DNA of 38,321 bases from Candidatus Micrarchaeota archaeon. GTDB lineage: Archaea; Micrarchaeota; Micrarchaeia; Anstonellales; Bilamarchaeaceae. Below are positions 1-9,011 of the stretch, one piece after another (position 1 is the first letter of the stretch; the number at the start of each line of letters is the position of its first letter). Under the pieces are notes generated by a model. It saw only the letters and a list, made by a program, of their open reading frames with translations. It was not told where the DNA came from and searched no databases. Made by a program: the position numbers and the translations under genes. Location of the stretch: NCBI GenBank assembly GCA_032123335.1, contig JAQBFN010000043.1, forward strand, positions 1 through 38,321. The letters are read 5' to 3'.

Positions 1-459
1 CTGGAAGAGCTTGAGCGCTCAAAGCAGCTCCTTTTCCTGGACTACCCTCCTCATGAAGTAGACCAGTTCCTCAGCCAGAACAGCGCAATAGGAGAACTCA
101 TTGAAACAATGGGTGTTACCCGCCTTGTAATTGATTCAATAATGCCAATCGCACTCCTCTTCTCAGACCAGGATGAAAGAAAGAAGGGCTTCCTTGAATT
201 CATCGGCAATGTCCGAAAGTGGAAAACAACTACGATGATTGTTGCAGAGGACTCTCCCACCCCCAGCAGCACCCTCCCCCGCACAAACTATGGTATCGAG
301 GCGCTTTCCGACGGGTGGATACATATGAACTACCGCATCGGAAAAGGGGAAGAGAGGAAGAGGGGAATTGAAGTGCTCAAGATGAAAGGGGCAAACCCCA
401 TCATGAAGAGGTTCCCGCTGGAGATGACAAACTCCGGAATCACAGTAAAGGTGAAATAG
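1..459 (+). CDS. KaiC/RAD55-family RecA-fold ATPase, C-terminal part (5'-truncated by window edge)
   Basis: Frame 1 is open from base 1 (LEELERSKQLLFLDY...). It contains RLVIDS (Walker B-like), IEALSDGWIHM and RGIEVLKMKG, typical of KaiC/RAD55 C-terminal halves. Confidence 0.85.
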   Translation: MEELERSKQLLFLDYPPHEVDQFLSQNSAIGELIETMGVTRLVIDSIMPIALLFSDQDERKKGFLEFIGNVRKWKTTTMIVAEDSPTPSSTLPRTNYGIEALSDGWIHMNYRIGKGEERKRGIEVLKMKGANPIMKRFPLEMTNSGITVKVK

Positions 460-461
460 AA

Positions 462-758
462 ATGGTTATGCGCGCGCGTTTGATGGTGAGTGGCGTTGTG
501 CAAGGGGTCAACTTTAGATGGTTTGTGCAGGAAGCAGCAACAAACCTAGGCATCAACGGCTGGGTAAAAAACCTTCCTGATGGGGAGGTGGAAATAGAAT
601 GCGAATCGGAAACCGAGAAGGCTTACCGGGATTTTCTAAACGTAATTGAAGCAGGGGAGCATTCGCGCTTTAAATCAATTTCCGTGGAGAAAGTGCAGGT
701 AGTCGGCTTCGACAGGGAAGCAGAGCCCAGGTACACGCACTTTGGGATAGAGTACTAA
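462..758 (+). CDS. acyP: acylphosphatase
   Basis: Signature VSGVVQGVNFR and GWVKNLPDGEVE; 98 aa. Confidence 0.93.
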   Translation: MVMRARLMVSGVVQGVNFRWFVQEAATNLGINGWVKNLPDGEVEIECESETEKAYRDFLNVIEAGEHSRFKSISVEKVQVVGFDREAEPRYTHFGIEY

Positions 759-759
759 T

Positions 760-1872
760 TCACTTTACATCCAGCTTCTTTCTCTTCGAGAACTCAAACA
801 CTATTGCAAATGCAATTGCGCACAATCCTGTAAATATGAGCGGAATCCTCACGCTTCCGGTAAGGAGGTACAGCCCAACGGAAACCACCGCTGCAATGAA
901 CCTGCTTGAATTGAATACGAGCTCCCTCCCGTACATTGCAGCACGCAAATCCTTTTTCTTGTCCAGCAAAAGTGCAAGGGGAAATGGGGAGAACACTCCC
1001 TTGAAGAATCCCACCACAACCATTGCTGAAAACCAGAGCCAAAGCTCAAATGCAAACGCGGCAAGCACAAGCGAAACCCCCAGCCCAATAGAGGAGAGCA
1101 CCAGAAATTCCCTCCTCCTTTTTTGCTCATCGGATAGTTTCGCAAAAAGAAGCGAGAGCAGAACCGCAATAAGTGCAGTAACAGTAATGAAAATCCCATA
1201 ATCCAGCGGCTTTGTGAAATACTCAAGCGTAACCACAAAAGTAAGCACCTGGAACCCGAACATCGCAGAAGCTTCAAAGAAGAGAAGGCTCTTGAATCCG
1301 GAGACCGCTTCCAGCCCCTTTTTTGCCCCCAGCAAAACCTCCTTCCCTTTCCCCAGCTTCCTTGAAACCAGGCCCGCAATCCCCATCACGATTCCCGCAA
1401 GCGCAAAAACAGCAAGGTACCCAAAATAGTCTACAATTATCCCTCCCAAGACAGGCCCGAGTATTCCGATTACCACCATTATCCCGTAATAGACCGCGCC
1501 CTGGAATGCATTTCCCCACTTCCCCTCCTCAAACCAGAGCGCATTGAACGGGGTCCAGAAGAACGCAAATGCCATTCCACCCAGAACGATCAGGGCTGCA
1601 AGCCCGGTGTATCCCCCAAAAATCCCCAGCAGCAGGTACCCCAGGCCGGTTGCAAGGAGCCCCCAGAGGAGCACCCTTTCCGCATTCATCTTCCCTGTAA
1701 ACAGAAGGAATATGGAAGGCACCAGGTACGAAATAGAGAAAAATACAAGGATATCCAGAGTGGAAAACCCGATTCCCAGCAGGTAGGGGTAAAGCATGGC
1801 GCTTCCCAGGGCTATCCCCAGGCTCCAAAGGAGGAATACCCTTACCAGGCTGTTGATTTTCTTCTCATCCAT
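760..1872 (-). CDS. MFS-type transporter (about 12 TM segments)
   Basis: About 370 aa, nearly all hydrophobic segments, with GPVLGGIIVDYFGY and AKLSDEQKRRR loop motifs. Start placed at ATG 1872 (MDEKK); the ORF-track extension lies in the AT-rich divergent promoter region. Confidence 0.8.
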   Translation of the reverse strand: MDEKKINSLVRVFLLWSLGIALGSAMLYPYLLGIGFSTLDILVFFSISYLVPSIFLLFTGKMNAERVLLWGLLATGLGYLLLGIFGGYTGLAALIVLGGMAFAFFWTPFNALWFEEGKWGNAFQGAVYYGIMVVIGILGPVLGGIIVDYFGYLAVFALAGIVMGIAGLVSRKLGKGKEVLLGAKKGLEAVSGFKSLLFFEASAMFGFQVLTFVVTLEYFTKPLDYGIFITVTALIAVLLSLLFAKLSDEQKRRREFLVLSSIGLGVSLVLAAFAFELWLWFSAMVVVGFFKGVFSPFPLALLLDKKKDLRAAMYGRELVFNSSRFIAAVVSVGLYLLTGSVRIPLIFTGLCAIAFAIVFEFSKRKKLDVK

Positions 1873-1926
1873 CTTTTTCTGTTTTGGAGGGGATAACTTT
1901 ATATTGATAATAAGCAAAATTACATC

Positions 1927-2724
1927 ATGAGATGGCTGATATGCCTCGTCCTCCTGACGGGGTCATTGTTTTCTTTGCAGATGGTTGAGCCGGTGCTCAC
2001 TGATATTTCCGAAGGGGAAACCATAGACATGGGAACTATGGGTCCCGGGCAAACAATGGAAATCCAGCTACACCCCAAGGTGTATGAGGGAGGAATCCAT
2101 GGAATAGGCGGCAATTACGACCGCGCATACATATCTGATCCTCCGCAAGGCTGGACCTCAACCCCGAGCAAGCTTTACGGGGATCCGCTCCAGGTAAAAA
2201 TAACCGCAGACCCCTACACAGAAGAGGGAATCTACACAATCCCGGTAATTGTTGAAGATGAAGGAGATGGGGAGCAGCTTGGAACAATCACATTCTACCT
2301 GCGCGTGAAAATAAGCGAGGAGGTAATGGATATTTCTGTTTATCCCAAAGAGAAAAGCACAGGAATCGGGCAGCCTGCACGCTTCCAGATAACCATCAAC
2401 AACCGCGGGAATGCAGGCGACACGTTCAAAGTTACTGCTGAAGGGGTTTCCAAATGGGAATTCACCAAGCTCCTTTACATCCCCCCAAAAAGCAGCAAGA
2501 CAATTACCTATGAAGTTGCAGGGTTTGAGGAGGAAACATACTCAACCCTGATAACCGTGGAATCCTCTGCATCTTCCAGGGTTTCAGAATCCAAGGCAAT
2601 AACCCTGTATGTTTATCCGGACCTCCTTTCAGATTTCAAGGCGGTAAACAACGGTGCGATGCTTTTCCCGATCATTGAGGCCCCGATTTATGCGCTTGTA
2701 GGTCTTCTTTCCAACCTGTGGTGA
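1927..2724 (+). CDS. exported protein with Ig-like/CARDB-type beta domains and C-terminal hydrophobic anchor
   Basis: N-terminal signal peptide, a beta-rich body with ITINNRGNAGDTF and IPPKSSKTI motifs, and a hydrophobic C-terminus. Confidence 0.6.
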   Translation: MRWLICLVLLTGSLFSLQMVEPVLTDISEGETIDMGTMGPGQTMEIQLHPKVYEGGIHGIGGNYDRAYISDPPQGWTSTPSKLYGDPLQVKITADPYTEEGIYTIPVIVEDEGDGEQLGTITFYLRVKISEEVMDISVYPKEKSTGIGQPARFQITINNRGNAGDTFKVTAEGVSKWEFTKLLYIPPKSSKTITYEVAGFEEETYSTLITVESSASSRVSESKAITLYVYPDLLSDFKAVNNGAMLFPIIEAPIYALVGLLSNLW

Positions 2725-2726
2725 TT

Positions 2727-4262
2727 ATGAGGGAGGAAGCAGCGAAATATGCAGTTTCACAGCTTCTGGAAGGGCGCACAGACATCCACAAAATAAAGCA
2801 GGAAGCCTCAAAAAAATTCAAGCTCCCCAATTTCCTCAGGAATTCTGAAATACTTCCTTTTCTCCCAAAGAACGCCTCCAGGGAAATCTGCCTACTCCTC
2901 CTGAAGCGCCCGATGCGCACCGCATCCGGAGTTACTCCTGTTGCACTTATGATCAAGCCCGAGGGTTCCTGCAGGCACTCCTGCATCTACTGCCCTTTCA
3001 CTGGGAAGGCGGCAAAAAGCTACACAGGGGAGGAGCCTGCAGCCCTGCGCGCAAGGCAATTCGGTTTTGATGCATTTAAGCAGGTGGAAGGGAGGCTGAA
3101 GCACTTCCTGGAAACCGGCCACCCAACGGATAAGTGCGAAGCAATCCTTATGGGCGGAACATTCCTTTCCATGCCACGTGCATACAAGCGCACCTTCGTA
3201 AAGAAAATGTACGATGGGTTCAATGGGAAGCCTTCGCGCACCCTTGCACAGGCAAAGAAAGCCAACGAATCCGCAAAGAGCCGGGTAATCGGCCTCACGA
3301 TTGAAACCCGCCCGGACATCTGCAAAAAGCCCCACATAGATGAGATGCTGGAGTATGGGGCAACCCGGGTTGAACTCGGGGTCCAGTTCCCTGACGACCG
3401 AATCTACAAAAAAATAAACAGGGGCCACACAGTAAAGGATGTGGAGAATGCGACCCGCTGGCTCAAGGATTCCTGCTTCAAGGTTGCATACCACATAATG
3501 CCAGGGCTTCCGGGCTCAAGCCCGAAAAAGGATATCCAGATGGTGAAGAACCTATTCGCAGACCCCAGGTTCAAGCCGGACATGCTCAAAATCTACCCCA
3601 CCCTTGTAATGCCGAACACCCAGCTCTTCAAGCTCATGCAGGAGGGCAAATACAATCCCTACTCTGCAAAAGAAGCTGCAGAGGTAATCTCGGAATTCTA
3701 CAGATACATTCCCTCCTGGGTGCGCGTAATGCGGATCCAGCGCGACATACCCACAGGCTTAATCGGTGCGGGTGTGGAAAAAAGCAACCTGCGTGAACTG
3801 GTGGAAAGCGCATTTAAGAAAAAGAAAATAATCCCCAACGAAATCCGCTGCAGGGAGGTGGGAAGGGCCAATTTCTCCCCGGAGTCCGCAGAGCTCAAGC
3901 GCACAGATTATTCAGCAAGCGGAGGCAAGGAAATCTTCCTCTCCTACGAAGCAAATGAAAAGCTAATCGGGTTCATAAGGCTACGAATCCCGCACCGCCC
4001 ATTCCGGAAAGAAATAGGCAAAAGCACAGCGCTAATCCGCGAGCTCCACATCTACGGCTCCGAAACAAAAATAGGAAAGAAATCCTCAAGCGCACAGCAC
4101 CGCTCCTTCGGTTCCCTTCTCCTGAAAGAAGCAGAAAGAATCGCAAAGGAGGAATTCGGGAAAAAGGAAATGATAATAATAAGCGGAATAGGAGCAAGGC
4201 AGTATTACTTCAAAAGAGGCTACAAAAGGAAAGGCCCGTACGTGCACAAAACCCTCAAATAG
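2727..4262 (+). CDS. elp3: Elp3 tRNA uridine(34) acetyltransferase (radical SAM + GNAT)
   Basis: Motifs RTASGVTPVA, CRHSCIYC, KSYTGEEP, GLTIETRPD, TRVELGVQ, LKIYPTLV, RIQRDIP, IRELHIYG and QHRSFG. Start could be GTG 2718 or ATG 2727. Confidence 0.95.
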   Translation: MREEAAKYAVSQLLEGRTDIHKIKQEASKKFKLPNFLRNSEILPFLPKNASREICLLLLKRPMRTASGVTPVALMIKPEGSCRHSCIYCPFTGKAAKSYTGEEPAALRARQFGFDAFKQVEGRLKHFLETGHPTDKCEAILMGGTFLSMPRAYKRTFVKKMYDGFNGKPSRTLAQAKKANESAKSRVIGLTIETRPDICKKPHIDEMLEYGATRVELGVQFPDDRIYKKINRGHTVKDVENATRWLKDSCFKVAYHIMPGLPGSSPKKDIQMVKNLFADPRFKPDMLKIYPTLVMPNTQLFKLMQEGKYNPYSAKEAAEVISEFYRYIPSWVRVMRIQRDIPTGLIGAGVEKSNLRELVESAFKKKKIIPNEIRCREVGRANFSPESAELKRTDYSASGGKEIFLSYEANEKLIGFIRLRIPHRPFRKEIGKSTALIRELHIYGSETKIGKKSSSAQHRSFGSLLLKEAERIAKEEFGKKEMIIISGIGARQYYFKRGYKRKGPYVHKTLK

Positions 4263-5085
4263 AAATCGTAAGGTCCTTCTCTTCCTCCCCGATAATTTCC
4301 CTCCTGCTTTTCAGGAGTTCCATGTACTTGCCCTGGAGGTCCTGGAACTCTTTCTGCTGCTCCTCATTGAAGGTAATCGCCTGCATCTCTGCATTCTTTA
4401 CCTGCAGCCTCACACTCACAGTTGCAAGCACCTTTTCATTTTCAGTAAACATGTCCAGCTTGTCCGAAGGCACCCAGAAATACTCATTGTTTACGAGCAC
4501 CCGGTTTTCACCAAGGTCATCCGTGTTTTTTACGAGCTTCCCCTCATCTGTCCTGCACTTCACTCCAACACGATTCAGCAGCTTAATGATTCTCGCACCA
4601 TCTTCCCCATCAAAATCGGCTTCAGACTCCCCCGGCTTCCCTTTCCTTAGGGCTTCTGTTACGCATGCCCGCACTTCCGGGGATGCATCTGCAATCAGCA
4701 CATTAAGCTTTCCTATCTCATTCTTGTTTTCCATGTTGCGCTTTATCAGCTTCCCGCGATCGGAAAGATAAATATATGAATCCCCGCTCTTGCTCTTTAT
4801 GGCTTCATGCACCTCGTTGCGCGGAAGCCTTGAAATCAACTCAGAATATTCCTCAATCCTTTCCTGGTTCGGCACAACCATCTTCAGGTTCTTTGCCTCC
4901 ATTTTCCCCTCGATTATCTTCATCTTTGCCCGTTCTTCCCTGAGCTCCTCCTCAATTTCATCAATAAGGGAGGAGTGGTCCCCTGCAGTATTCCTGATGT
5001 AATTAAGTTTGTATTCCTCTTCAGCAACTTTCTTCTTTAATTCGATATAGGCACCAATTTCACGAGCAGTAATCCTGTCCTCCAT
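4255..5085 (-). CDS. hypothetical protein, coiled-coil rich at both ends
   Basis: 276-aa ORF, E/K-rich heptad-like termini, no recognisable motif; lies just downstream of the Lon-like protease gene. Confidence 0.7.
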   Translation of the reverse strand: MEDRITAREIGAYIELKKKVAEEEYKLNYIRNTAGDHSSLIDEIEEELREERAKMKIIEGKMEAKNLKMVVPNQERIEEYSELISRLPRNEVHEAIKSKSGDSYIYLSDRGKLIKRNMENKNEIGKLNVLIADASPEVRACVTEALRKGKPGESEADFDGEDGARIIKLLNRVGVKCRTDEGKLVKNTDDLGENRVLVNNEYFWVPSDKLDMFTENEKVLATVSVRLQVKNAEMQAITFNEEQQKEFQDLQGKYMELLKSRREIIGEEEKDLTISI

Positions 5086-5094
5086 TCAATCACG

Positions 5095-6783
5095 TTAGTT
5101 ACTTTTGCTAGCAAGATTTTTTATAAAGAACGGTAAAATGAGAAGGAGATATGCCACTGCGCACACAGGCTGCTCAGGGCATTCCGGGCATTCGCATTCC
5201 ACTTCCTCTTCTTCAATTACCTCATTTGGGGTTTCGTTTCCGCCTTCCTCTGGAAATTCGAATACCTGCTCAAAATACTTCTGCTGCTCAATCCCCGTAT
5301 GCATCTCCTCCATCCCCTTCGAGAAAATAGCTACCGCGTATGCCCCCCCCAAATCATCCGTTTCCATCAAGTAGTATGAGTGTGCCTTGAACACGTTTCC
5401 CCAGAGCGATTCCCTTTCTCCCCTGTTCAGCTCCGCAACCTGCTCAGAGCTCAGGTTATTCTGGAGCAGGGACTGTTTCTCCAGAGCAAGCGCATACATA
5501 AGCTCGTATGCTGCCCCCGCGTATGCGCCCTCCTCATACATCTCCACCCCGTTCCTGTAGTTCTCCGAGCGCTCTATTTCAGTATAATTGCTGCTTATGT
5601 TCATCAGCACTTCCACGTGCTCCTTGAGCAGTTCTCCCTCCATTGGCTGCCCCCCTATTTCCGATGCAGCAGAATGCATGTCCTTTGCAGCATCGCACCA
5701 TGCAAGCGCGAAATCCAGCTGGTACACAATGAAGTATTGTTCCTCCTTGGTCCCCGCCCCCAAGTCCCCATAGAGCTCAACCTGGTTTTCCGCCCGCTTC
5801 AGCCTTGCTTCTGCACCCATAATCCATTCATAATTGTCATAGGTGGTGATTGCAGCCTCAACCGAATCCAGGCATTCTTCCACTTCCTCTCTTTTCCCTT
5901 CCACATCCGGAGCATCAATCCTTGAGAGGGAATCCGCCATTATGTAGCTGAGAAACGCTTCGTTTGCAGCAGAATAGTAATATCCCTTTTCTATAAGCTC
6001 AAGCTGCTGAATCATCTTTTCCCCAAAGTATTCCCTGAGCTCCCGGTCCTCCATCCCCGCAATCGCCTTCCCCTCCCGATCCATTATCTTCTCCGCAATC
6101 CTCCTGAACCTTGGCGTATCCGCACCCCCATATTCTGCCAGCTCAGGGAGCGGCTCCACAGTAAGGTTAAGCGGCTTCTCATCTGGTGCAATCCCCCCAA
6201 AGAAAAAATCAGCAGCCTCTTCCATCTGGCCCACTTCATATATCGTTATCCCCTCAAGATTCCTCAGCATCAGCTTCTCATCCACGGTTTGCAGGGGAGT
6301 AACAAAATAGTCCTTCCCGGCAGCACGCGCACTCATCGCCTTTTCATAAAGCCCCCCAACCGGAAGCACAATCCCCTCTTCATTTACTGCCCCTGTCATG
6401 GTTGCATCATCCCTCATCTCGTGCCCGGTAAACAGGGAATACCCCATGAGCGTAAATGCCGCTCCCCCTGAAGGCCCCTGTACATAATCCGTCTCATCAA
6501 TTATCGTGACAAGCACATCACATTCAGTTTCCTTCCCAGCAAGGCCTTCCGCAACCCTTATTGCAATCTCAACGCTTTCCTGGAGGCTGGTATCCGTAGC
6601 CGGATCAACCCCCACATATACATTCCCCTCTCCAGGAACAAGTTTCATCTGCACAAGGACTATCTCCCCGCCTTTTTCCTCCCCCTCAGTTACGGCGGGA
6701 AGGCCCATCTCAATGCTTCCGCTGCAATCTGCAGCATAAGCAAAAGCCAGCACAAAAGCAAGCAGGAGGAATGCCTTCTTCAT
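5095..6783 (-). CDS. secreted ATP-independent Lon-like (S16) serine protease with C-terminal membrane anchor
   Basis: Signal peptide MKKAFLLLAFVLAFAYA. Catalytic Ser in VQGPSGGAAF, TMTGAV, and catalytic Lys in PVGGLYEKA. No AAA module; C-terminal Cys + hydrophobic + basic tail. Start set at ATG 6783, with a TATA-like CTTAAAAA 24-31 nt upstream. Confidence 0.85.
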   Translation of the reverse strand: MKKAFLLLAFVLAFAYAADCSGSIEMGLPAVTEGEEKGGEIVLVQMKLVPGEGNVYVGVDPATDTSLQESVEIAIRVAEGLAGKETECDVLVTIIDETDYVQGPSGGAAFTLMGYSLFTGHEMRDDATMTGAVNEEGIVLPVGGLYEKAMSARAAGKDYFVTPLQTVDEKLMLRNLEGITIYEVGQMEEAADFFFGGIAPDEKPLNLTVEPLPELAEYGGADTPRFRRIAEKIMDREGKAIAGMEDRELREYFGEKMIQQLELIEKGYYYSAANEAFLSYIMADSLSRIDAPDVEGKREEVEECLDSVEAAITTYDNYEWIMGAEARLKRAENQVELYGDLGAGTKEEQYFIVYQLDFALAWCDAAKDMHSAASEIGGQPMEGELLKEHVEVLMNISSNYTEIERSENYRNGVEMYEEGAYAGAAYELMYALALEKQSLLQNNLSSEQVAELNRGERESLWGNVFKAHSYYLMETDDLGGAYAVAIFSKGMEEMHTGIEQQKYFEQVFEFPEEGGNETPNEVIEEEEVECECPECPEQPVCAVAYLLLILPFFIKNLASKSN

Positions 6784-6829
6784 TGCGAGGAAGTTCTCCC
6801 CCCTGATTTTTAAGAATATTGGAAACCGA

Positions 6830-6913
6830 ACCGCGGAGGGGGACACCCCCTCCCCAGTTTGAGGGTCCTCCTGACCCTCCCCCAAGCAGACACGAAGGTC
6901 GAAGTAATGCGGT
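6830..6913. ncRNA. candidate structured non-coding RNA (unassigned)
   Basis: GC-rich island with closing stem ACCGC/GCGGT and perfect hairpins GGAGGGGG-ACA-CCCCCTCC (6835-6853) and GAGGGTC-CTCCT-GACCCTC (6861-6879), bounded by AT-rich DNA. Confidence 0.4.
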
Positions 6914-6962
6914 GTTTTTTGACAATTTTTGTACTAGCTTAAAACGGTCATAAAAATTGACA

Positions 6963-7033
6963 TGCGACCGCCGGGGCTCGAACCCGGGTCATTGGCTTGG
7001 GAAGCCAAGATCCTACCGCTAGACTACGGTCGC
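6963..7033 (-). tRNA. tRNA-Gly(CCC), intronless, CCA not encoded
   Basis: The reverse complement folds as a cloverleaf: GCGACCG/CGGTCGC acceptor stem, TTGGC-TT-CCC-AA-GCCAA anticodon arm, T-arm containing GGTTCGA, discriminator A. Confidence 0.97.
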
Positions 7034-7135
7034 GAGGTTTTCTATTTATGCAGGTTCCGTTTTTATTTTTGTCGTTCCACCCACCGGAAACCTCCCCTCA
7101 GCCACCTTTTTAACTCTCCATAACAGAATAATCCT

Positions 7136-8968
7136 GTGGTGGAGATTTATTTCAGGCACGACAGCCTCAGGAAACAACAGGAACACCTGATCAAGGATGC
7201 ATACTCAGCCATAGAGAACAAGGAGCATCTCCTTGCACACGCAGTCACCGGCACCGGAAAAACTGATGCGCTAATCTCCCCAGCAATTTCCTATGCGCTT
7301 GAAAACAACAAAACAGTATTTTTTCTTACCCCAAAAATCTCCCAACACCGCATCGCGCTCGATGTGGTTCGCAGCCTTGCAAAAAAATATGAGCTGAATT
7401 TGCGCGCAGTGGATTTCATCGGTAGGAAATATGCGTGCGTAGACCCTGCGCTTTCCGAGCAGGACTCTGAAGGGTTTTACCAATCATGCGAGCGCAAGCG
7501 CAAGAAAGAGCAGTGCGAGTTCTACAGGAACGCAAAAGGGTTCAGCAGGCTTGAAGAGGCAAAAGCAGACCGCCTGTTTAAATCCATGGAAAAAAGGTAC
7601 GGGTGCGGGATGCACCACACCGAGCTTGTGGAAATCGGAAAGGAAAAGCAGGCCTGCCCGTACGAGTGGCTCACCAAGCTCGCCTCCACCTCCAACGTAA
7701 TTGTTGCAGATTATTTCCACCTCATGCTCCCGCACATCCGGGACATCTTCCTCCTCAAAATCAAGAAAAAGCTCTCCAATTCCATAATAATTGTGGATGA
7801 GGCCCACAACCTTGCAAAAAGGGTGCGCGACCAGCTTTCCGTTTCCACAAACACGTTCCTGCAAAAGAAGATGGACAAGGAACTCAAGGCGCTCGGGCTG
7901 AAGAGTAATTTTGAATCCAAGTTCGACAGGTGGGCAAAGCACGAGCTCGGGAAATCCCGCGAAAAGCTCGTTTCCAAGGAGGAGTATCTCAATGCACTTT
8001 CAAATGAGGATTTCACCCCAGAAGAGCTTGCAGATTACCTGGAAAGCTGCGGCCAGGCATTCATTGAGGCAACCGGGAAGAAGAGCTTCTCCCTCAGGTT
8101 CGCAAAATTCCTGCAGCTCTGGATGGATGAAAACAAAATCCCCTCGGTGCGCATACTCAGGAGGAAAGGAGAAGCATATTTCCTTTCCAGGAAAGCACTT
8201 GACCCGAGTTCCGCAACCTCCAAAATGAATGATGCGCACTGCGCAATCCTTACAAGCGGAACCCTCCTTCCCCTGGAAATGCACAGGGATGTGCTTGGAC
8301 TGGACCCTGAGCGCACAAAAATGAAGCAGTACTCCTCCCCCTTCAGCAAAAAGAATAAGCTCAACATGGTCCTTGAAGGCTTCACTACACGCTATTCCCA
8401 GAGGCGGCCCGAACAATACAAAAAAATGGGCGAGATGCTGGACAAGATAATCAAATCTACTCCTGGCGGAACCGCACTATTTTTTCCTTCCTACAAGGTA
8501 CTGGATGCAGTAATCCCATTCATGAAATCCAGAAACCTTGTGCTCCAGAGGGAGCGCATGAGCCCCACAGAAATTGGGGAACTGCTCAGGGAATTCCAGA
8601 AGCGCGGAACCCTCTGTTGCGTCCAGGGCGGCTCGCTCAGCGAGGGCATAGATTACAATCAGGAGGAAATAAAGACTGCAGTTGTAGTGGGAATTGCACT
8701 GGATGAAATGAGCCTGGAAGTTGAATCCCTCATCGACCACTATGATGAGAAATTCGGGAGGGGTTGGGATTATGGATACCTTTACCCCGGAGTAACAAAG
8801 GCAATCCAGTCCGCAGGAAGGGCAATCAGAAAGGAAACCGACCGTGCGGTTTTAATCTACATGGATGAGCGCTTCAAATGGAAAAACTACAGCTCCATGC
8901 TCCCAAAGGATGAGCGTTTTGTCCTCACTGCAGACCCCCTTCCATACATGGATAAATTCTGGGAATAG
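7136..8968 (+). CDS. xpd: XPD/Rad3 (DinG-family) Fe-S DNA helicase
   Basis: Q motif (RKQQ), Walker A AVTGTGKT, four Fe-S Cys (YAC, SC, QCEFY, CPYE), DEAHN, SGTL, SEGIDY and QSAGRAIR. Confidence 0.92.
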   Translation: MVEIYFRHDSLRKQQEHLIKDAYSAIENKEHLLAHAVTGTGKTDALISPAISYALENNKTVFFLTPKISQHRIALDVVRSLAKKYELNLRAVDFIGRKYACVDPALSEQDSEGFYQSCERKRKKEQCEFYRNAKGFSRLEEAKADRLFKSMEKRYGCGMHHTELVEIGKEKQACPYEWLTKLASTSNVIVADYFHLMLPHIRDIFLLKIKKKLSNSIIIVDEAHNLAKRVRDQLSVSTNTFLQKKMDKELKALGLKSNFESKFDRWAKHELGKSREKLVSKEEYLNALSNEDFTPEELADYLESCGQAFIEATGKKSFSLRFAKFLQLWMDENKIPSVRILRRKGEAYFLSRKALDPSSATSKMNDAHCAILTSGTLLPLEMHRDVLGLDPERTKMKQYSSPFSKKNKLNMVLEGFTTRYSQRRPEQYKKMGEMLDKIIKSTPGGTALFFPSYKVLDAVIPFMKSRNLVLQRERMSPTEIGELLREFQKRGTLCCVQGGSLSEGIDYNQEEIKTAVVVGIALDEMSLEVESLIDHYDEKFGRGWDYGYLYPGVTKAIQSAGRAIRKETDRAVLIYMDERFKWKNYSSMLPKDERFVLTADPLPYMDKFWE

Positions 8969-9011
8969 TTCGCATTAAAAACATAATCAACGAATTGAAA
9001 AAAGTGGGAAC

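Noticed and set aside
6784..6885. 34-aa N-terminal extension of the Lon-like protease in the ORF track
   Set aside because: It runs through the structured GC-rich island and precedes a clear signal peptide that has its own TATA; ATG 6783 is the better start.
6821..6920. 5S rRNA, SRP RNA, RNase P RNA, split tRNA half or TPP riboswitch
   Set aside because: Diagnostic motifs are absent or out of context (no SRP helix-8 motif, no GAGGAAAGTCC, no T-arm/acceptor, no CTGAGA).
6963..7033. tRNA-Gly as an integration site for a mobile element
   Set aside because: No integrase and no duplicated tRNA 3' end were seen in the window.
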